Shown here: one piece after another, positions 45,179 through 56,192 of the stretch
Layout of the letters: each line of letters starts with the position of its first letter
Numbering within the stretch: position 1 is the first letter of the stretch
NCBI GenBank assembly: GCA_024641545.1
Contig: JAHECW010000002.1
Coordinates: 14,164-78,163 of the forward strand
DNA from: Acidobacteriota bacterium
GTDB taxonomy: Bacteria > Acidobacteriota > Thermoanaerobaculia > Thermoanaerobaculales > Sulfomarinibacteraceae
Reading direction: 5' to 3'
DNA length: 64,000 nucleotides
Made by a program: the position numbers and the translations under genes
Notes under the pieces: generated by a model
The model's input: only the letters and a program-made list of their open reading frames with translations
What the model was told of the DNA's origin: nothing
Database searches by the model: none

Positions 45179-47797
45179 ATGACCGAGAACAAAGCACCCG
45201 AAGGCGATCGCCTCCCGATCACCATCGAAGAGGAGCTCCGCAGCTCCTATCTCGATTACGCCATGTCGGTGATCATCGGCCGCGCCCTGCCCGATGTTCG
45301 TGATGGGCTCAAGCCGGTTCACCGGCGGATCCTCTATGGAATGTTGGAGGGCGGCAGCACGTCCTCGAAGGCCTACCGGAAATCCGCCCGCATCGTCGGT
45401 GATGTCATGGGTAAGTACCATCCCCATGGCGATCAGGCCATCTACGACACCGCGGTCCGGATGGCGCAGGACTTTTCCATGCGCTACACCCTGGTCGACG
45501 GCCAGGGCAACTTCGGATCGGTCGACGGCGACTCGGCCGCGGCCATGCGCTACACCGAGGTCCGCCTGACCCGGCTCGCCGAGGAAATGCTCGGCGATGA
45601 CATCGCGAAGGACACCGTCGACTGGGTGCCCAACTACGACGGTTCCCTGACCGAGCCGACGGTCCTGCCGGCGCGCTTCCCGAACCTGCTGGTCAACGGC
45701 TCCGCCGGGATCGCCGTGGGGATGGCGACGAACATCCCGCCGCACAACCTTTCCGAGATCATCGACGCCACCATTGCGGTGGTCCGAGAACCGAAGATCG
45801 GGATCGACGAGTTGCTCGACATCGTCCCGGGCCCGGACTTTCCAACCGCCGCATTCATCCACGGGCGCAAGGGGATCCGCGACGCCTACACCACCGGCCG
45901 CGGCATCATCCAGATGCGAGCCCGGGTCGTCATCAGGGAGGCGGAGAAGGGCAAACGGCCGGCGATCATCGTCAACGAGCTGCCCTACCAGGTCAACAAG
46001 GCGCGGCTCGTCGAGCAGATCGCCAACCTGGTCCACGCCAAGCGCCTCGAGGGCATCGCCGATCTCCGCGACGAGTCCGACCGCGACGGCATCCGGATGA
46101 AGATCGAGCTCAAACGCGATGCCATCCCCGAGGTGGTTCTCAACAACCTCTACAAGCTCACCCAGATGCAGACCACGTTCGGCATCATTCTGCTCGGGGT
46201 CTTGAACAACCAGCCCAAGATTTTCAACATCAAGGAGCTGCTGCAGAACTTCATCGCGCACCGCAAGGAAGTGGTGGTCCGGCGCACCCGGTTCGATCTC
46301 GCCCGCGCCCGCGAACGGGCCCATGTCCTCGAAGGCCTTGTCATCGCTCTCGACCATCTCGACGAGGTCATCAAGCTGATCCGGGCGGCCGCGGATCCTG
46401 CGGTCGCAAAAAGCGGTCTCATGGAGACCTTCGGGCTGTCCGCGGTGCAGGCCCAGGCGATTCTCGACATGCGGCTGCAGCGGCTCACCGGTCTGGAGCG
46501 CGACAAGATCATCGAGGAGTACGCCGAGCTCAAGAAGACCATCGAACACCTCAAGGCAATCTTGGGTTCGGAAGCGATGGTGGCCGACATCGTCGTCGAC
46601 GAACTCAGCGAGATCCGCGCCAAGTACGGCGACGCCCGCCGGACCGAGATCGTCGCCGATCTCGGCGACCTCTCCATTGAGGACCTCATCGCCGAGGAGG
46701 ACATGGTCATCACCGTGTCCAGGGACGGCTACATCAAGCGGTCGGCGGTTTCGGTCTACCGCGCCCAACGCCGCGGCGGCCGCGGTCGCCGCGGGATGGC
46801 GACCAAGGCCGAGGACCTGGTCTGGAAGCTCTTTGTCGCGTCGACCCACGCCACCATGCTCTTCTTTACCTCGTCGGGTCGGGTCTTTGTCCGGAAGGTC
46901 CACGAACTACCCGACATCGGTCCCGCGGCCAGGGGGCGGGCCCTGGTCAACCTGCTGCAACTCGATGAAGGCGAGCGGGTCGCCGCCCTCCTCGCGATCC
47001 GCGATTTCGACGAACACCCCGATTCGTTCCTCTTCTTCGCAACGCGCAAGGGGCGGGTGAAACGAACCCCGCTCAAGGACTACGCCAACATCCGCGCCAA
47101 TGGTCTGCGCGCTGTGGTCATCAACGAGGGCGACGATCTTCTCTCGGTGCAGCTCACCGATGGCTCGAGCCAGGTCTTCATGGGCACCCACCAGGGAATG
47201 GGGATCCGTTTTTCAGAAAGCGACGCCCGCTCCATGGGCCGGGTGACCGCCGGCGTTCGCGGGATCAATCTCCGCACCGATGATTTCGTCGAAGAGGTCG
47301 CTATCGTCGACCCGGAAGATGACCACGACATCCTGGTGGTGACCGATTTCGGCTTTGGTAAACGGACCGCGGTTTCCGAATTCCGGATCCAGGGCCGGGG
47401 CGGCTATGGCGTGGCCCTGATCAAGCGCACCCCCAAGAACGGAAACGTCATCGGGATGCACCACGTCCATGAGGATGAGCAACTCCTGCTGGTGACCGAG
47501 GGCGGCATCCTGATCCGGATGAACATCTCCGAGATCCGCCGCATCGGCCGCGCCACCCAGGGGGTGCGTCTGATCCGTCTCGACGATGGTGACCGCGTGG
47601 TTTCGGTGGCGGTCGCCGGCGCTGAAAACGACGACGACGATGACCAAGGTGACATCGAGAGCACCGGGCACACCGAAGACCAACCCGGAGAAGACCCGGG
47701 GGACGGACCCCGAGATTCAGGCGACAAAGGCACCGAGGATTCCGGCACCGAGGACCCCGACGAAGCCGACACGGGTGATCCTGACGCCGCGAACTGA
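45179..47797 (+). CDS. gyrA: DNA gyrase subunit A
   Basis: Contains 'GKYHPHGD' and active-site 'AAMRYTE'. Acidic C-terminal tail. The ATG directly follows the gyrB TAA. Confidence 0.98.
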   Translation: MTENKAPEGDRLPITIEEELRSSYLDYAMSVIIGRALPDVRDGLKPVHRRILYGMLEGGSTSSKAYRKSARIVGDVMGKYHPHGDQAIYDTAVRMAQDFSMRYTLVDGQGNFGSVDGDSAAAMRYTEVRLTRLAEEMLGDDIAKDTVDWVPNYDGSLTEPTVLPARFPNLLVNGSAGIAVGMATNIPPHNLSEIIDATIAVVREPKIGIDELLDIVPGPDFPTAAFIHGRKGIRDAYTTGRGIIQMRARVVIREAEKGKRPAIIVNELPYQVNKARLVEQIANLVHAKRLEGIADLRDESDRDGIRMKIELKRDAIPEVVLNNLYKLTQMQTTFGIILLGVLNNQPKIFNIKELLQNFIAHRKEVVVRRTRFDLARARERAHVLEGLVIALDHLDEVIKLIRAAADPAVAKSGLMETFGLSAVQAQAILDMRLQRLTGLERDKIIEEYAELKKTIEHLKAILGSEAMVADIVVDELSEIRAKYGDARRTEIVADLGDLSIEDLIAEEDMVITVSRDGYIKRSAVSVYRAQRRGGRGRRGMATKAEDLVWKLFVASTHATMLFFTSSGRVFVRKVHELPDIGPAARGRALVNLLQLDEGERVAALLAIRDFDEHPDSFLFFATRKGRVKRTPLKDYANIRANGLRAVVINEGDDLLSVQLTDGSSQVFMGTHQGMGIRFSESDARSMGRVTAGVRGINLRTDDFVEEVAIVDPEDDHDILVVTDFGFGKRTAVSEFRIQGRGGYGVALIKRTPKNGNVIGMHHVHEDEQLLLVTEGGILIRMNISEIRRIGRATQGVRLIRLDDGDRVVSVAVAGAENDDDDDQGDIESTGHTEDQPGEDPGDGPRDSGDKGTEDSGTEDPDEADTGDPDAAN

Positions 47798-47808
47798 TCG
47801 CGCGCCGG

Positions 47809-48363
47809 GTGGCCGCGGCGGTGACTGACCCGCCCCGGATCCGCGCGGTGGCCCTCGTCCACCAGGAGGGCGTGCTCGCGTTGATCGCCGTGATCGGTCT
47901 GTCGTTCGGTGACCGGGACATCCTCCAGGCGCTGGGGCCGAAATCCGGGTTACTCGGTTCTCTCGCGATCGGCGCCGCGGCGGGAATCGCCTGCGTGGGC
48001 CTGCTGTGGTTGCTGCGCCGGGTGCCGGCTCTCGAGCGCCTCGAGCGCTGGCAAAGGGGCGTGGTCACGGGGTGGTCGGTGACCGATGCCGCCGCCGTCG
48101 CCGTGGTATCCGGGCTTGCCGAAGAAGGCCTGTTGCGGGCCCTGCTCCAACCGGTCATCGGCCTGGTGCCGGCGGCCGTCCTCTTCGCCGTCCTCCACCT
48201 GGTGCCGGACAGAGAACTCTGGTTCTGGCCGCTCTTCGCCCTTCTCAGCGGGCTTCTCCTCGGGGGCCTCTTCGAGGGGTTCGGCTACCCGGCGGCGGCC
48301 GCGGCCCATGTTGTGATCAATGCAGTGGCCCTGCTTCGGTTGCGTCGTCCCACCGCGGACTAG
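47809..48363 (+). CDS. CPBP (CAAX) family intramembrane metalloprotease
   Basis: Contains 'AEEGLLR' (EExxxR), 'FAVLH' (FxxxH) and a distal His 'HVVINA'. Confidence 0.72.
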   Translation: MAAAVTDPPRIRAVALVHQEGVLALIAVIGLSFGDRDILQALGPKSGLLGSLAIGAAAGIACVGLLWLLRRVPALERLERWQRGVVTGWSVTDAAAVAVVSGLAEEGLLRALLQPVIGLVPAAVLFAVLHLVPDRELWFWPLFALLSGLLLGGLFEGFGYPAAAAAHVVINAVALLRLRRPTAD

Positions 48364-48432
48364 TTTCGAGTCCCAATTTTCGTCCCGCTGTGTACAATGG
48401 CCGCGGCCGCGTGTGCGTCCCCGGAGGTAACG

Positions 48433-49320
48433 ATGGAGAGTTCCGAAAACCGATTCCGTGTCAAGGTTGGATTGGCAGAGATGCTCAAGGGCGGGGTGAT
48501 CCTCGATGTCACCAACGCCGATCAAGCCAAAATCGCCGAGGACGCCGGCGCCGCCGCGGTCATGGCCCTCGAGCGCGTCCCCGCCGACATCCGTGTCGAG
48601 GGCGGTGTCGCCCGCATGGCGGCGATTGAAAAGATCACCGAAATTCAGAGCTGTGTTTCGATTCCCGTCATGGCCAAGATCCGCATCGGTCACATTACCG
48701 AAGCGCGGATGCTCGAGGCCCTCGAGGTGGACTTCATCGACGAGAGCGAAGTGCTGACCCCGGCCGACGAGGAGAACCACGTCGCCAAACACGGGTTCAA
48801 GGTTCCCTTTGTCTGCGGCTGCCGCAACCTCGGCGAGGCGCTGCGGCGGATCGGCGAGGGCGCCGCGATGATCCGGACCAAGGGCGAAGCGGGGTCGGGT
48901 GACATCGTCGAAGCGGTGCGCCATCTTCGCGCGGTTCGCCGCGGGATCAAGACGCTCGGCATTCTCGATGAACACGAGCTCATGGCCGAAGCGAAGATCC
49001 TCGGCGCACCGTACGAGCAGGTCAGATGGGTGGCCGAGAACGGCCGGTTGCCGGTGCCCAATTTCGCGGCCGGAGGCATCGCCACCCCGGCCGACGCCGC
49101 CCTCTGCATGACCCTCGGCGCCGAAGCCGTCTTTGTCGGTTCGGGCGTCTTCAAGTCCTCGGATCCGGCGCCCCGGGCCAAGGCCATCGTTGACGCGGTG
49201 ACCCATTGGCAGGATGCGGCCCGGCTGGTGGAGATTTCGCGTGGCCTCCAGGATGCGATGTCGGGGCTCGAGGTCGGTAAGCTCACCACCGAGGAAATGC
49301 TGTCTCGTCGAGGGTGGTGA
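48433..49320 (+). CDS. pdxS: Pyridoxal 5'-phosphate synthase lyase subunit PdxS
   Basis: Contains '[14 protein letters not shown]' and '[10 protein letters not shown]'. ATG 48433 follows GGAGGT. Confidence 0.95.
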   Translation: MESSENRFRVKVGLAEMLKGGVILDVTNADQAKIAEDAGAAAVMALERVPADIRVEGGVARMAAIEKITEIQSCVSIPVMAKIRIGHITEARMLEALEVDFIDESEVLTPADEENHVAKHGFKVPFVCGCRNLGEALRRIGEGAAMIRTKGEAGSGDIVEAVRHLRAVRRGIKTLGILDEHELMAEAKILGAPYEQVRWVAENGRLPVPNFAAGGIATPADAALCMTLGAEAVFVGSGVFKSSDPAPRAKAIVDAVTHWQDAARLVEISRGLQDAMSGLEVGKLTTEEMLSRRGW

Positions 49321-49901
49321 TGCGTTGCGGCGTCCTCGCTCTCCAGGGAGACTGGGCGGCCCATGCCGCGGTGTTGCGCCGTCTCGGTGTTGAAACCACC
49401 ATGGTGCGCACCGCCGCGGACCTCGCCGGCGTCGATGCGCTCGTTCTTCCGGGTGGTGAGTCGACGGCAATGCTGCGTTTGATGGAACCCGACAACCTGG
49501 CGGAGAAGATCGCTCAACGGGTGCGAAACGGCCTGCCTGTTCTCGCCACCTGCGCCGGGGTGATCGTGCTCGCGACCGCGACCAAGCCGAGCCAGCCCAG
49601 CCTGGCTTTGCTGGATGTCGAAGTCGAGCGAAACGCCTATGGCCGCCAGGTCCACTCCCGAGTCGCCGCCGTCGAGCTCACCGACGAACTCGGTGAACCC
49701 GGCCGGATCGAAGGAGTCTTCATCCGAGCCCCTCGAATCACCCGGACCGGGCCCGGGGTGACGGTTCTCGGCCGCCTCGGGGAAGACCCCGTTCTTGTCC
49801 GCCAGGGCGGCATCATCGCCGCCACGTTTCATCCAGAGTTGACCGACGATGATCGCGTCCACCGGTTGTTGGTGGACGAGGAGGTGGGCCATGGCCGATG
49901 A
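49320..49901 (+). CDS. pdxT: PLP synthase glutaminase subunit PdxT
   Basis: Contains 'GGESTAM', nucleophile 'ATCAG' and 'HPE'. The ATG overlaps the pdxS TGA. Confidence 0.93.
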   Translation: MRCGVLALQGDWAAHAAVLRRLGVETTMVRTAADLAGVDALVLPGGESTAMLRLMEPDNLAEKIAQRVRNGLPVLATCAGVIVLATATKPSQPSLALLDVEVERNAYGRQVHSRVAAVELTDELGEPGRIEGVFIRAPRITRTGPGVTVLGRLGEDPVLVRQGGIIAATFHPELTDDDRVHRLLVDEEVGHGR

Positions 49902-50646
49902 GGTGCTGCTTCGCCACGACATCAATGGAATCCACCACCTGGTGATGAACGATGGACCCAACGCACTCAACTCAAACCTCATGGACACGTTGTCCGGCGC
50001 CATCGCAGACCTTCGCGAAGCCGGGGCGCCGCCGATTCTCCTGCGATCGTCGCACAAGGCGCTGTTTTGCCCCGGTTGGGACCTCAAATACCTCGTCAAC
50101 GCCGAGCGGCACGAAGTCGCAGCCGCGCTGGTTCGATTCAACCGCTTGGTTTTCGACCTCTTCAGCTATCCGGGCCCGACCGGTGCGGCGATCCATGGCC
50201 ACGCCGTCGCCGGGGGGTGCCTCCTCGCCTTGTGCTGCGATTTGAGAATCATGGCCACGGGCCGGCCCAGGATCGGGTTGTCCGAACTCAACCTCGGGGT
50301 TCCGGTTCCGGCGCCGAGCCTGGTCATGCTGCGAGAACGACTCGCGGCCAACGTGGTCGAGGAGCTGGTGGTCGGTGGCGACGGGTGCGGCGCCGAGGGA
50401 GCGAAGAACCAGGGCATTGTGCACCGCACGGCAGAGCCTTCCGTGGTCCTGGCCACGACCGAGCGCGAGCTCGCTCGAGTCGCCGCCAAACCGGCGAAGG
50501 CCTTCGCGGCGACCAAGCAATTCCTGCTCGGGGAGAGCTGGCGCCGAATGACCGGGCCGAGCGCGGTTTACGACGAGGTCTTTCTCGATTGCTGGTTCTC
50601 GCCCGAAACGCAGAACCGGATTCGCGGAATCGTCGATCGCCTCTGA
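49891..50646 (+). CDS. Enoyl-CoA hydratase/isomerase (crotonase) family protein
   Basis: Crotonase oxyanion-hole context 'FCPGWDL' and 'GHAVAGG'. Confidence 0.78.
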   Translation: MADEVLLRHDINGIHHLVMNDGPNALNSNLMDTLSGAIADLREAGAPPILLRSSHKALFCPGWDLKYLVNAERHEVAAALVRFNRLVFDLFSYPGPTGAAIHGHAVAGGCLLALCCDLRIMATGRPRIGLSELNLGVPVPAPSLVMLRERLAANVVEELVVGGDGCGAEGAKNQGIVHRTAEPSVVLATTERELARVAAKPAKAFAATKQFLLGESWRRMTGPSAVYDEVFLDCWFSPETQNRIRGIVDRL

Positions 50647-50648
50647 AC

Positions 50649-50669
50649 CCGACCGGGAGGACCGATCGG
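50649..50669. terminator. Imperfect hairpin between convergent genes
   Basis: CCGACCGG-gagga-CCGATCGG (7 of 8 bp). Confidence 0.3.
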
Positions 50670-50673
50670 AGGA

Positions 50674-51453
50674 TCAGAACGAATAGGTTCGGTCCTGAAC
50701 CAACTCCGCGATCTCGTGGTTCATCGCGGTAGCGGCAAGCTCTGCGCGAAGCTCATCCAAATGGGGCGGTTTGAAGTGGTAGATGAGCACCGGAACCTCG
50801 CGCTTGAGTTTTTCCAATTCCACGGCGAGGGCCTGGGGTGTCAAGTGGAGGCTGATATCCGCCACCGCCTGCATCCGGTTCGGGAACGAACACTCGGTGA
50901 TGACGGCCTTGAGATTGGGCGTCTCATTGGCCACCTTCCAGACGCGTTCGGTGGGCCCGGTGTCCGATGTGAAGATGACGGCCGACGAGCCCTGGCGAAG
51001 AAGAAACGCCGTGGTTGGAACGATATGATTGACCGGAATCGCAGTGATCTCCAGGTCGCCGGAGGGCAGACCGCTGATGGTGAACGGTTCCTCGGCGACG
51101 ACCTCCTGGAAGCGAACCGACGGTTCCACATGATCCGGAATCCGGGTGAAATCCGGCCAGGTATCGTTGTTGAAGAGGTGGCGGCGAACCGCGCCCATGA
51201 CCTGCTTGGCGCAGTAGATGGACACCGGTTCGGGGTGGGTTCCGAAGATGTTTTCGATGAGGAACGGCAGCGTCGCGGTGTGATCCATGTGGGTGTGGCT
51301 GATGAGGACGTGGCGGATCTTCTGTTGCTCGCTGATGGTCAGGGCGCGGGTGATGGCGCCGGCATCGACGACAACCTCGCCATCGACGAGAAACGACGTC
51401 ATTCGACAGTCGGGGCTGTCTCCGCCGAAGCTTCCCAAAACCCTGAAGTCCAT
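50674..51453 (-). CDS. MBL-fold hydrolase resembling class II 3',5'-cyclic-nucleotide phosphodiesterases
   Basis: Contains 'HTHMDH' and N-terminal 'VLGSFGG....TSFLVDG..VVDAG'. Start at 'MDFRVLG'. Confidence 0.65.
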   Translation of the reverse strand: MDFRVLGSFGGDSPDCRMTSFLVDGEVVVDAGAITRALTISEQQKIRHVLISHTHMDHTATLPFLIENIFGTHPEPVSIYCAKQVMGAVRRHLFNNDTWPDFTRIPDHVEPSVRFQEVVAEEPFTISGLPSGDLEITAIPVNHIVPTTAFLLRQGSSAVIFTSDTGPTERVWKVANETPNLKAVITECSFPNRMQAVADISLHLTPQALAVELEKLKREVPVLIYHFKPPHLDELRAELAATAMNHEIAELVQDRTYSF

Positions 51454-51628
51454 GCCGCGAGTATACCTGAGAGACGAGGAGATCGCGCCGGCGGGCTGAT
51501 CCCGCCAGGCCGCCGCTGCCGCGGGCGACGGGTCGTCGATGGTGGTGGTTCCCCACCTCCGGTTGGGTCTGCCCGCGATGGCGCCGCGCATCCTGACATC
51601 GACAACCGGTCGGGGTTACCATGAGGTG

Positions 51629-52684
51629 ATGGCGACACAGAGCCACCAACCCCGCCTTCGTCTTGCCCTCCTCTTGGCCGGGGGCGGGCGGAAGACACGG
51701 CAGATCCTCGCCGGCGACGAGGGCAGGGATGGAGCGCTCTGGGCCCGGGCGCCGGCCGCGCTCAAGACCGAGGTCGCCCGGTTGCTCGACGACGAGGTGC
51801 CCCGTGTCCTCGGGTCGGTCAAACGAGAGGGCTGGCGCTGGCTCGTACCCGGTGATGCCGGATATCCGAGCGCGCTCGAGCATTCATCGGACCCGCCGCT
51901 CGGCCTTTTTGTTCGCGGTGAGCTTCGTCCGGCGCCGATCGTGGCGGTGGTCGGCTCGCGGCGCGCGACGAGCTATGGGCGGCAGGTGGCGCGGGTTCTG
52001 GGAGAGGAGCTCGCCCGGGCCGGGGTGGTTGTGGCTTCGGGGATGGCGCGGGGCGTTGACGCCGCAGCCCACGAGGGCGCCATCGCGGCCGGCGGGCCGA
52101 CCTGGGCGGTGTGGGGAGCCGGACCCGACCGCATCTATCCACCCGAGCACCGAGAACTGGCAGCCGCCATCGCCACCTGTGGTGCGCTGATCACCGAATA
52201 TCTTCCGGGAACCCCGCCGCGACCCCACCACTTCCCCGAACGAAACCGCGTCCTCGCCGGTCTCGCCCAGGCCGTCGTCGTCGTTGAAGCGGCCGCCCGA
52301 TCCGGCGCCCTGATCACCGCGAGACTCGCCCTTGATGAGGGTCGCGAGGTCCTGGCGGTGCCCGGGAGCATCCTCTCGGAGGTTTCAGTCGGCCCCAACA
52401 CCCTGTTGTGTCTCGGGGCGCGGCCCATGCTCACACCGCGGGATGTGCTCGACGCCATCGGTCACGGTTCGGCGGCCGGCGACGGGACCCCGCCCGCCGG
52501 CCACCCGCTGCTCGAGCACCTGGCGGCGGGCGAACGGGTCACCACCGACGAACTGGTGACCCGCTCCGGGCTCTCCGTGTCCGAAGTCCACATCGCGCTC
52601 CTCGAGCTCGAGCTCCGCGGCGAGGTGGAGCGTCTCCGCGACGGAAGTTTTCAACAGCGACGACCGACCCTGCCGCAGGAATAG
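51629..52684 (+). CDS. dprA: DNA-processing protein DprA (Smf)
   Basis: Contains 'SGMARGVDAAAHEGA'. The start is uncertain (51578, 51626 or 51629). Confidence 0.85.
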   Translation: MATQSHQPRLRLALLLAGGGRKTRQILAGDEGRDGALWARAPAALKTEVARLLDDEVPRVLGSVKREGWRWLVPGDAGYPSALEHSSDPPLGLFVRGELRPAPIVAVVGSRRATSYGRQVARVLGEELARAGVVVASGMARGVDAAAHEGAIAAGGPTWAVWGAGPDRIYPPEHRELAAAIATCGALITEYLPGTPPRPHHFPERNRVLAGLAQAVVVVEAAARSGALITARLALDEGREVLAVPGSILSEVSVGPNTLLCLGARPMLTPRDVLDAIGHGSAAGDGTPPAGHPLLEHLAAGERVTTDELVTRSGLSVSEVHIALLELELRGEVERLRDGSFQQRRPTLPQE

Positions 52685-52747
52685 ACCACTGGATTCGCCG
52701 CTTGTGTTGAGAGGTCCGAGGGCGGGCTACGGGAGGGCGACGAGCGC

Positions 52748-54070
52748 ATGAAGAATGCAGAAGTCCTTGTTGTTGGTGGGGGTCTCGCCGGGAGTGAGGC
52801 CGCGTGGCAGCTCGCCGAAGCCGGTTTGAGGGTCCGCCTGGTCGAAATGCGCCCGCTGCGGCCGACCCCCGTCCACACCACCGATCGCCTCGGCGAACTC
52901 GTGTGCTCGAACTCGCTTCGGGGAGATGTGCTCAGTAACGCGGTGGGGTTGCTCAAGCGTGAGATGGAGGTCCTCGACTCGCTCATCATCCGGGTCGCAC
53001 GGGCGGCGGCGGTGCCCGCCGGCGGCGCCCTGGCGGTGGATCGGGAGCTTTTCGCGGGCGGGGTGACCTCGGCCGTCGAAGGGCATCCGTTGATCACCAT
53101 CGAGCGCCGCGAGATCACCGAATTGCCCGACGGGCCGGCGATCATCGCCACCGGACCCCTGACGAGCCCGGCGCTTCACCGCGAACTCGAGGCTTTCCTC
53201 GGCGAGGGCGCGCTCGCCTTCTTCGACGCCATCGCCCCGATCGTGGCGTCGGATTCCATCGACCACGGGAAGCTCTTTCGCGCCTCGCGCTATGACAAGG
53301 GCGGCGACGATTATCTCAACATTCCTCTCGACCGGCAGGGTTACGAGACGTTCGTTGGCGAACTCCTGGCGGCCGAAAAGGTCGTGTTCAAGGAGTTCGA
53401 GTCCCGGGATGAACGCTACTTCGAGGGCTGTCTGCCCGTCGAAGTCATGGCCGAGCGGGGGATCGACACCCTTCGCTACGGGCCTATGAAACCGGTCGGG
53501 TTGGTGGATCCCGCCAGCGGGCGGCAACCGTGGGCGGTGGTCCAACTGAGGCAGGACAACCTTGCCGCCGAGCACTGGAACATGGTGGGTTTTCAGACAA
53601 AGCTCACCCAGGCCGAGCAGAAACGTGTCTTCAGGACGCTGCCCGGGTTGGCGGGGGCCCGCTTTGTGCGGCTCGGCATGATCCACCGCAACACCTTCGT
53701 CAACGCGCCGACCCATCTCGATGGGCTGCTTCGGCTCGTCAAGCGCCCCACAATTCGATTGGCGGGTCAGATGACCGGCGTCGAGGGCTATGTTGAATCG
53801 GCCGCAACGGGTCTCATGGCGGCCCGGACCCTGGCGGCGGAGCTCGCCGGCCGCGAACCGCAGGCGCCGCCGCCGGTGACCGCGCTCGGAGGCCTTGTGC
53901 GCCACCTCACCGGGCGGGCCCCGGACGGCTTCCAGCCCGCCAACATCACCTGGGGCCTGATCGCCTGTCCGCCCGAAATGCGGTCCATCCGGAACAAAAG
54001 TCAACGCCGGGCGGCCCAGGCCGAGGGCGCCCTGGGCGCGGTCGCGGCATGGGGAGCGTCGCTCGTGTGA
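52748..54070 (+). CDS. trmFO: Folate/FAD-dependent tRNA U54 methyltransferase TrmFO
   Basis: Contains '[13 protein letters not shown]' and 'LVCSNSLR'. Confidence 0.93.
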   Translation: MKNAEVLVVGGGLAGSEAAWQLAEAGLRVRLVEMRPLRPTPVHTTDRLGELVCSNSLRGDVLSNAVGLLKREMEVLDSLIIRVARAAAVPAGGALAVDRELFAGGVTSAVEGHPLITIERREITELPDGPAIIATGPLTSPALHRELEAFLGEGALAFFDAIAPIVASDSIDHGKLFRASRYDKGGDDYLNIPLDRQGYETFVGELLAAEKVVFKEFESRDERYFEGCLPVEVMAERGIDTLRYGPMKPVGLVDPASGRQPWAVVQLRQDNLAAEHWNMVGFQTKLTQAEQKRVFRTLPGLAGARFVRLGMIHRNTFVNAPTHLDGLLRLVKRPTIRLAGQMTGVEGYVESAATGLMAARTLAAELAGREPQAPPPVTALGGLVRHLTGRAPDGFQPANITWGLIACPPEMRSIRNKSQRRAAQAEGALGAVAAWGASLV

Positions 54071-54152
54071 CCCGGGTCACGCAGAAGAATTGAACTTTTT
54101 CGCCTGCTCGATCGTCTACATCTATGACGAGGGGACGACGGGAGGATCAAGC

Positions 54153-54386
54153 ATGCGAAACATCAAACAGACGCTGAGCCCGGGAGCGTGGCTGCCGAAT
54201 CCGGATCGACCCAAGACCATTGTGATCGCCGACGACGGAAGCCATGCCGCCGTGGTCGTGCTCGACATGGCGCATCCCGCTTCCGGTTCGTGTTTCGACC
54301 ACGGCGGCCGGACATGGGTGATCCGGGGCAGGCGCCACCACAGTCGGGTGCTTGTCGCCGAACCCGTCAACCAGATGGAGCAGTAG
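54153..54386 (+). CDS. Orphan small protein (77 aa)
   Basis: ATG 7 nt after GGGAGGA. About 78 percent G/C at third codon positions (counted by hand), similar to neighbouring genes. I recognise no motif. Confidence 0.5.
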   Translation: MRNIKQTLSPGAWLPNPDRPKTIVIADDGSHAAVVVLDMAHPASGSCFDHGGRTWVIRGRRHHSRVLVAEPVNQMEQ

Positions 54387-54446
54387 CGTGAGGAGAGGAG
54401 TCGGAGACACTTCCGGCTGAACTGCCAACCCCGAACCGCCAACCCC

Positions 54447-55382
54447 TCACTCCTCCCCCGAACCTGCCCGCGGGTGGCTCCTCTTGTACACCGACATCAG
54501 ATGGGCCAGGTCGACGCCGGCGTAGATCTGGGTCGTTGCCAGCGAGCTGTGTCCGAGAAGTTCCTGGATTGCCCGCAGGTCCATTCCCGCCTCGAGGAGA
54601 TGGGTGGCGAAGGCGTGCCGCAGAGCGTGCGGATGAAGTCGATGGAGATCCGCCGTGCGCCGCACGGCCGCGTTGAGAATCCGCCGAACCGAGCGATCGG
54701 AGAGGCGGCCCCCACGCTGGTTGACGAACAGGGGCTCGGCATCGCCCTCCCGCGGTCCCCGCCACCCGGCGCGATGCGGCAGATACCCGCGCACGGCCTC
54801 GGCCGCGCGCCGGCCGAAGGGAACGATGCGCTCCTTTCGCCCCTTCCCACTGACCCGCACGAGGCGGTCCGACAACGAGAGATCATCGAGGTCCAACGAG
54901 ACGAGTTCGCCGACTCGGAGACCGGCGCCGTAGAGCAGCTCGACCAGAGCCAGGTCGCGGCGTCCGGCGGGAGTGTCGGGAAACGACTCGAGGAGGCCCT
55001 CGATGGCGTATCGGTCGACCACCTCCGGTTGGTTGTGCTGCTTTCGCGGAAGCGGGACGGTGATGGCCGGGTTGGCCTCGACGACGCCTTCGGCCACGAG
55101 AAAGCTGAAATACGTGCGGATGCTCGAGAGAGCCCGCTCGAGCGATCGGGGTTGCAGCCGCTGTTGCCACAAATCGGCGACCCAGTCCCGGATATCGGAT
55201 GTTCTGACGGACCGCGGGCCGGGGTGGGATCGGGCGGCATGATCGACAAAACGAGCGAGCTCGCGGCGATAGGCCTTGAGGGTCGCCGGCGAGAGATTCC
55301 GCTCGAATTCCAGGTGTTCGAGAAACGGCTCCTCCAGCCACGACGGCCGAGAGGGATGCTCCCCGGTCATGATCGGGGTCAT
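54447..55382 (-). CDS. Tyrosine recombinase XerC/XerD family
   Basis: Contains 'HALRHAFATHLL' and 'LLGHSSLATTQIYAGV'. ATGA overlap with the upstream GT2 gene. Confidence 0.9.
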   Translation of the reverse strand: MTPIMTGEHPSRPSWLEEPFLEHLEFERNLSPATLKAYRRELARFVDHAARSHPGPRSVRTSDIRDWVADLWQQRLQPRSLERALSSIRTYFSFLVAEGVVEANPAITVPLPRKQHNQPEVVDRYAIEGLLESFPDTPAGRRDLALVELLYGAGLRVGELVSLDLDDLSLSDRLVRVSGKGRKERIVPFGRRAAEAVRGYLPHRAGWRGPREGDAEPLFVNQRGGRLSDRSVRRILNAAVRRTADLHRLHPHALRHAFATHLLEAGMDLRAIQELLGHSSLATTQIYAGVDLAHLMSVYKRSHPRAGSGEE

Positions 55383-56110
55383 CCTCCCCCTCTCCCCCGA
55401 CCGGTGAGCCGCCACCAGCCGATTCGCAGGAGGTCCGCGAACATGTCGGCGGAGTGGACCACCGGTTGGACCCGAGACTCCTCGACGTGGCGCCAGCGAA
55501 CCGGCACCTCGCGGATTGTGAACCCCGCCGCCCGAGCCAGGAAGAGAAGCTCGACATCGAAGGCGAAGCCGTCGATCCGCTGCGCTGCGGCGAGGCTTCG
55601 TCCGAGATCGCCGGGAAAGAGCTTGAACCCGCACTGGGTATCTCGGATCCCCGGGACCGCGAGCAGCCGAACCGCGAGGTTGAAGACCCGACCCATGATG
55701 TCGCGGTACTTCGGTTGCGGCCGCTCGATGCGGCTTCGGTCGATGGCCCGGGACCCGATGGAGACCGCGCCGGCGAGAGTTCCGGCCAGCACTTCGAGCT
55801 CCTCGATGGGGGTTGACATGTCGGCGTCGCAGAGCAGGATGGCCTCGCCGCGGGCGGCGCCGAAACCGGTCCTGACGGCGGCGCCCTTGCCCCGGTTGTG
55901 GTCATGAACCAGGCAGCGGAGGGTGATGCCGACGGTCAGGACGGTCCCTCTCGCCGCCGCGCAGGTGCCATCGCTCGACCCGTCATCCACAACCAGGATT
56001 TCGGCCGGCCGCCACCGGGGATGACCCTCGAGGAAGCGAACGATCTCAATGAGGGTCGACGGGAGTCGACGGGCCTCGTTGAACGATGGAATGACCACGC
56101 TCAAGCGCAT
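55379..56110 (-). CDS. Family 2 glycosyltransferase (polyprenyl-phosphate sugar synthase-like)
   Basis: Contains 'VVIPSFNE', 'VVDDGSSDGT' and 'CDADM'. Confidence 0.85.
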   Translation of the reverse strand: MRLSVVIPSFNEARRLPSTLIEIVRFLEGHPRWRPAEILVVDDGSSDGTCAAARGTVLTVGITLRCLVHDHNRGKGAAVRTGFGAARGEAILLCDADMSTPIEELEVLAGTLAGAVSIGSRAIDRSRIERPQPKYRDIMGRVFNLAVRLLAVPGIRDTQCGFKLFPGDLGRSLAAAQRIDGFAFDVELLFLARAAGFTIREVPVRWRHVEESRVQPVVHSADMFADLLRIGWWRLTGRGRGGG

Positions 56111-56192
56111 GTCGATGGTCCCGGGGCGATCATTGCGTTGTGCCCTGCAGCCGGGGGCCGTCCGATGATGAGAGCAATCGAGCCCCGGCCAC

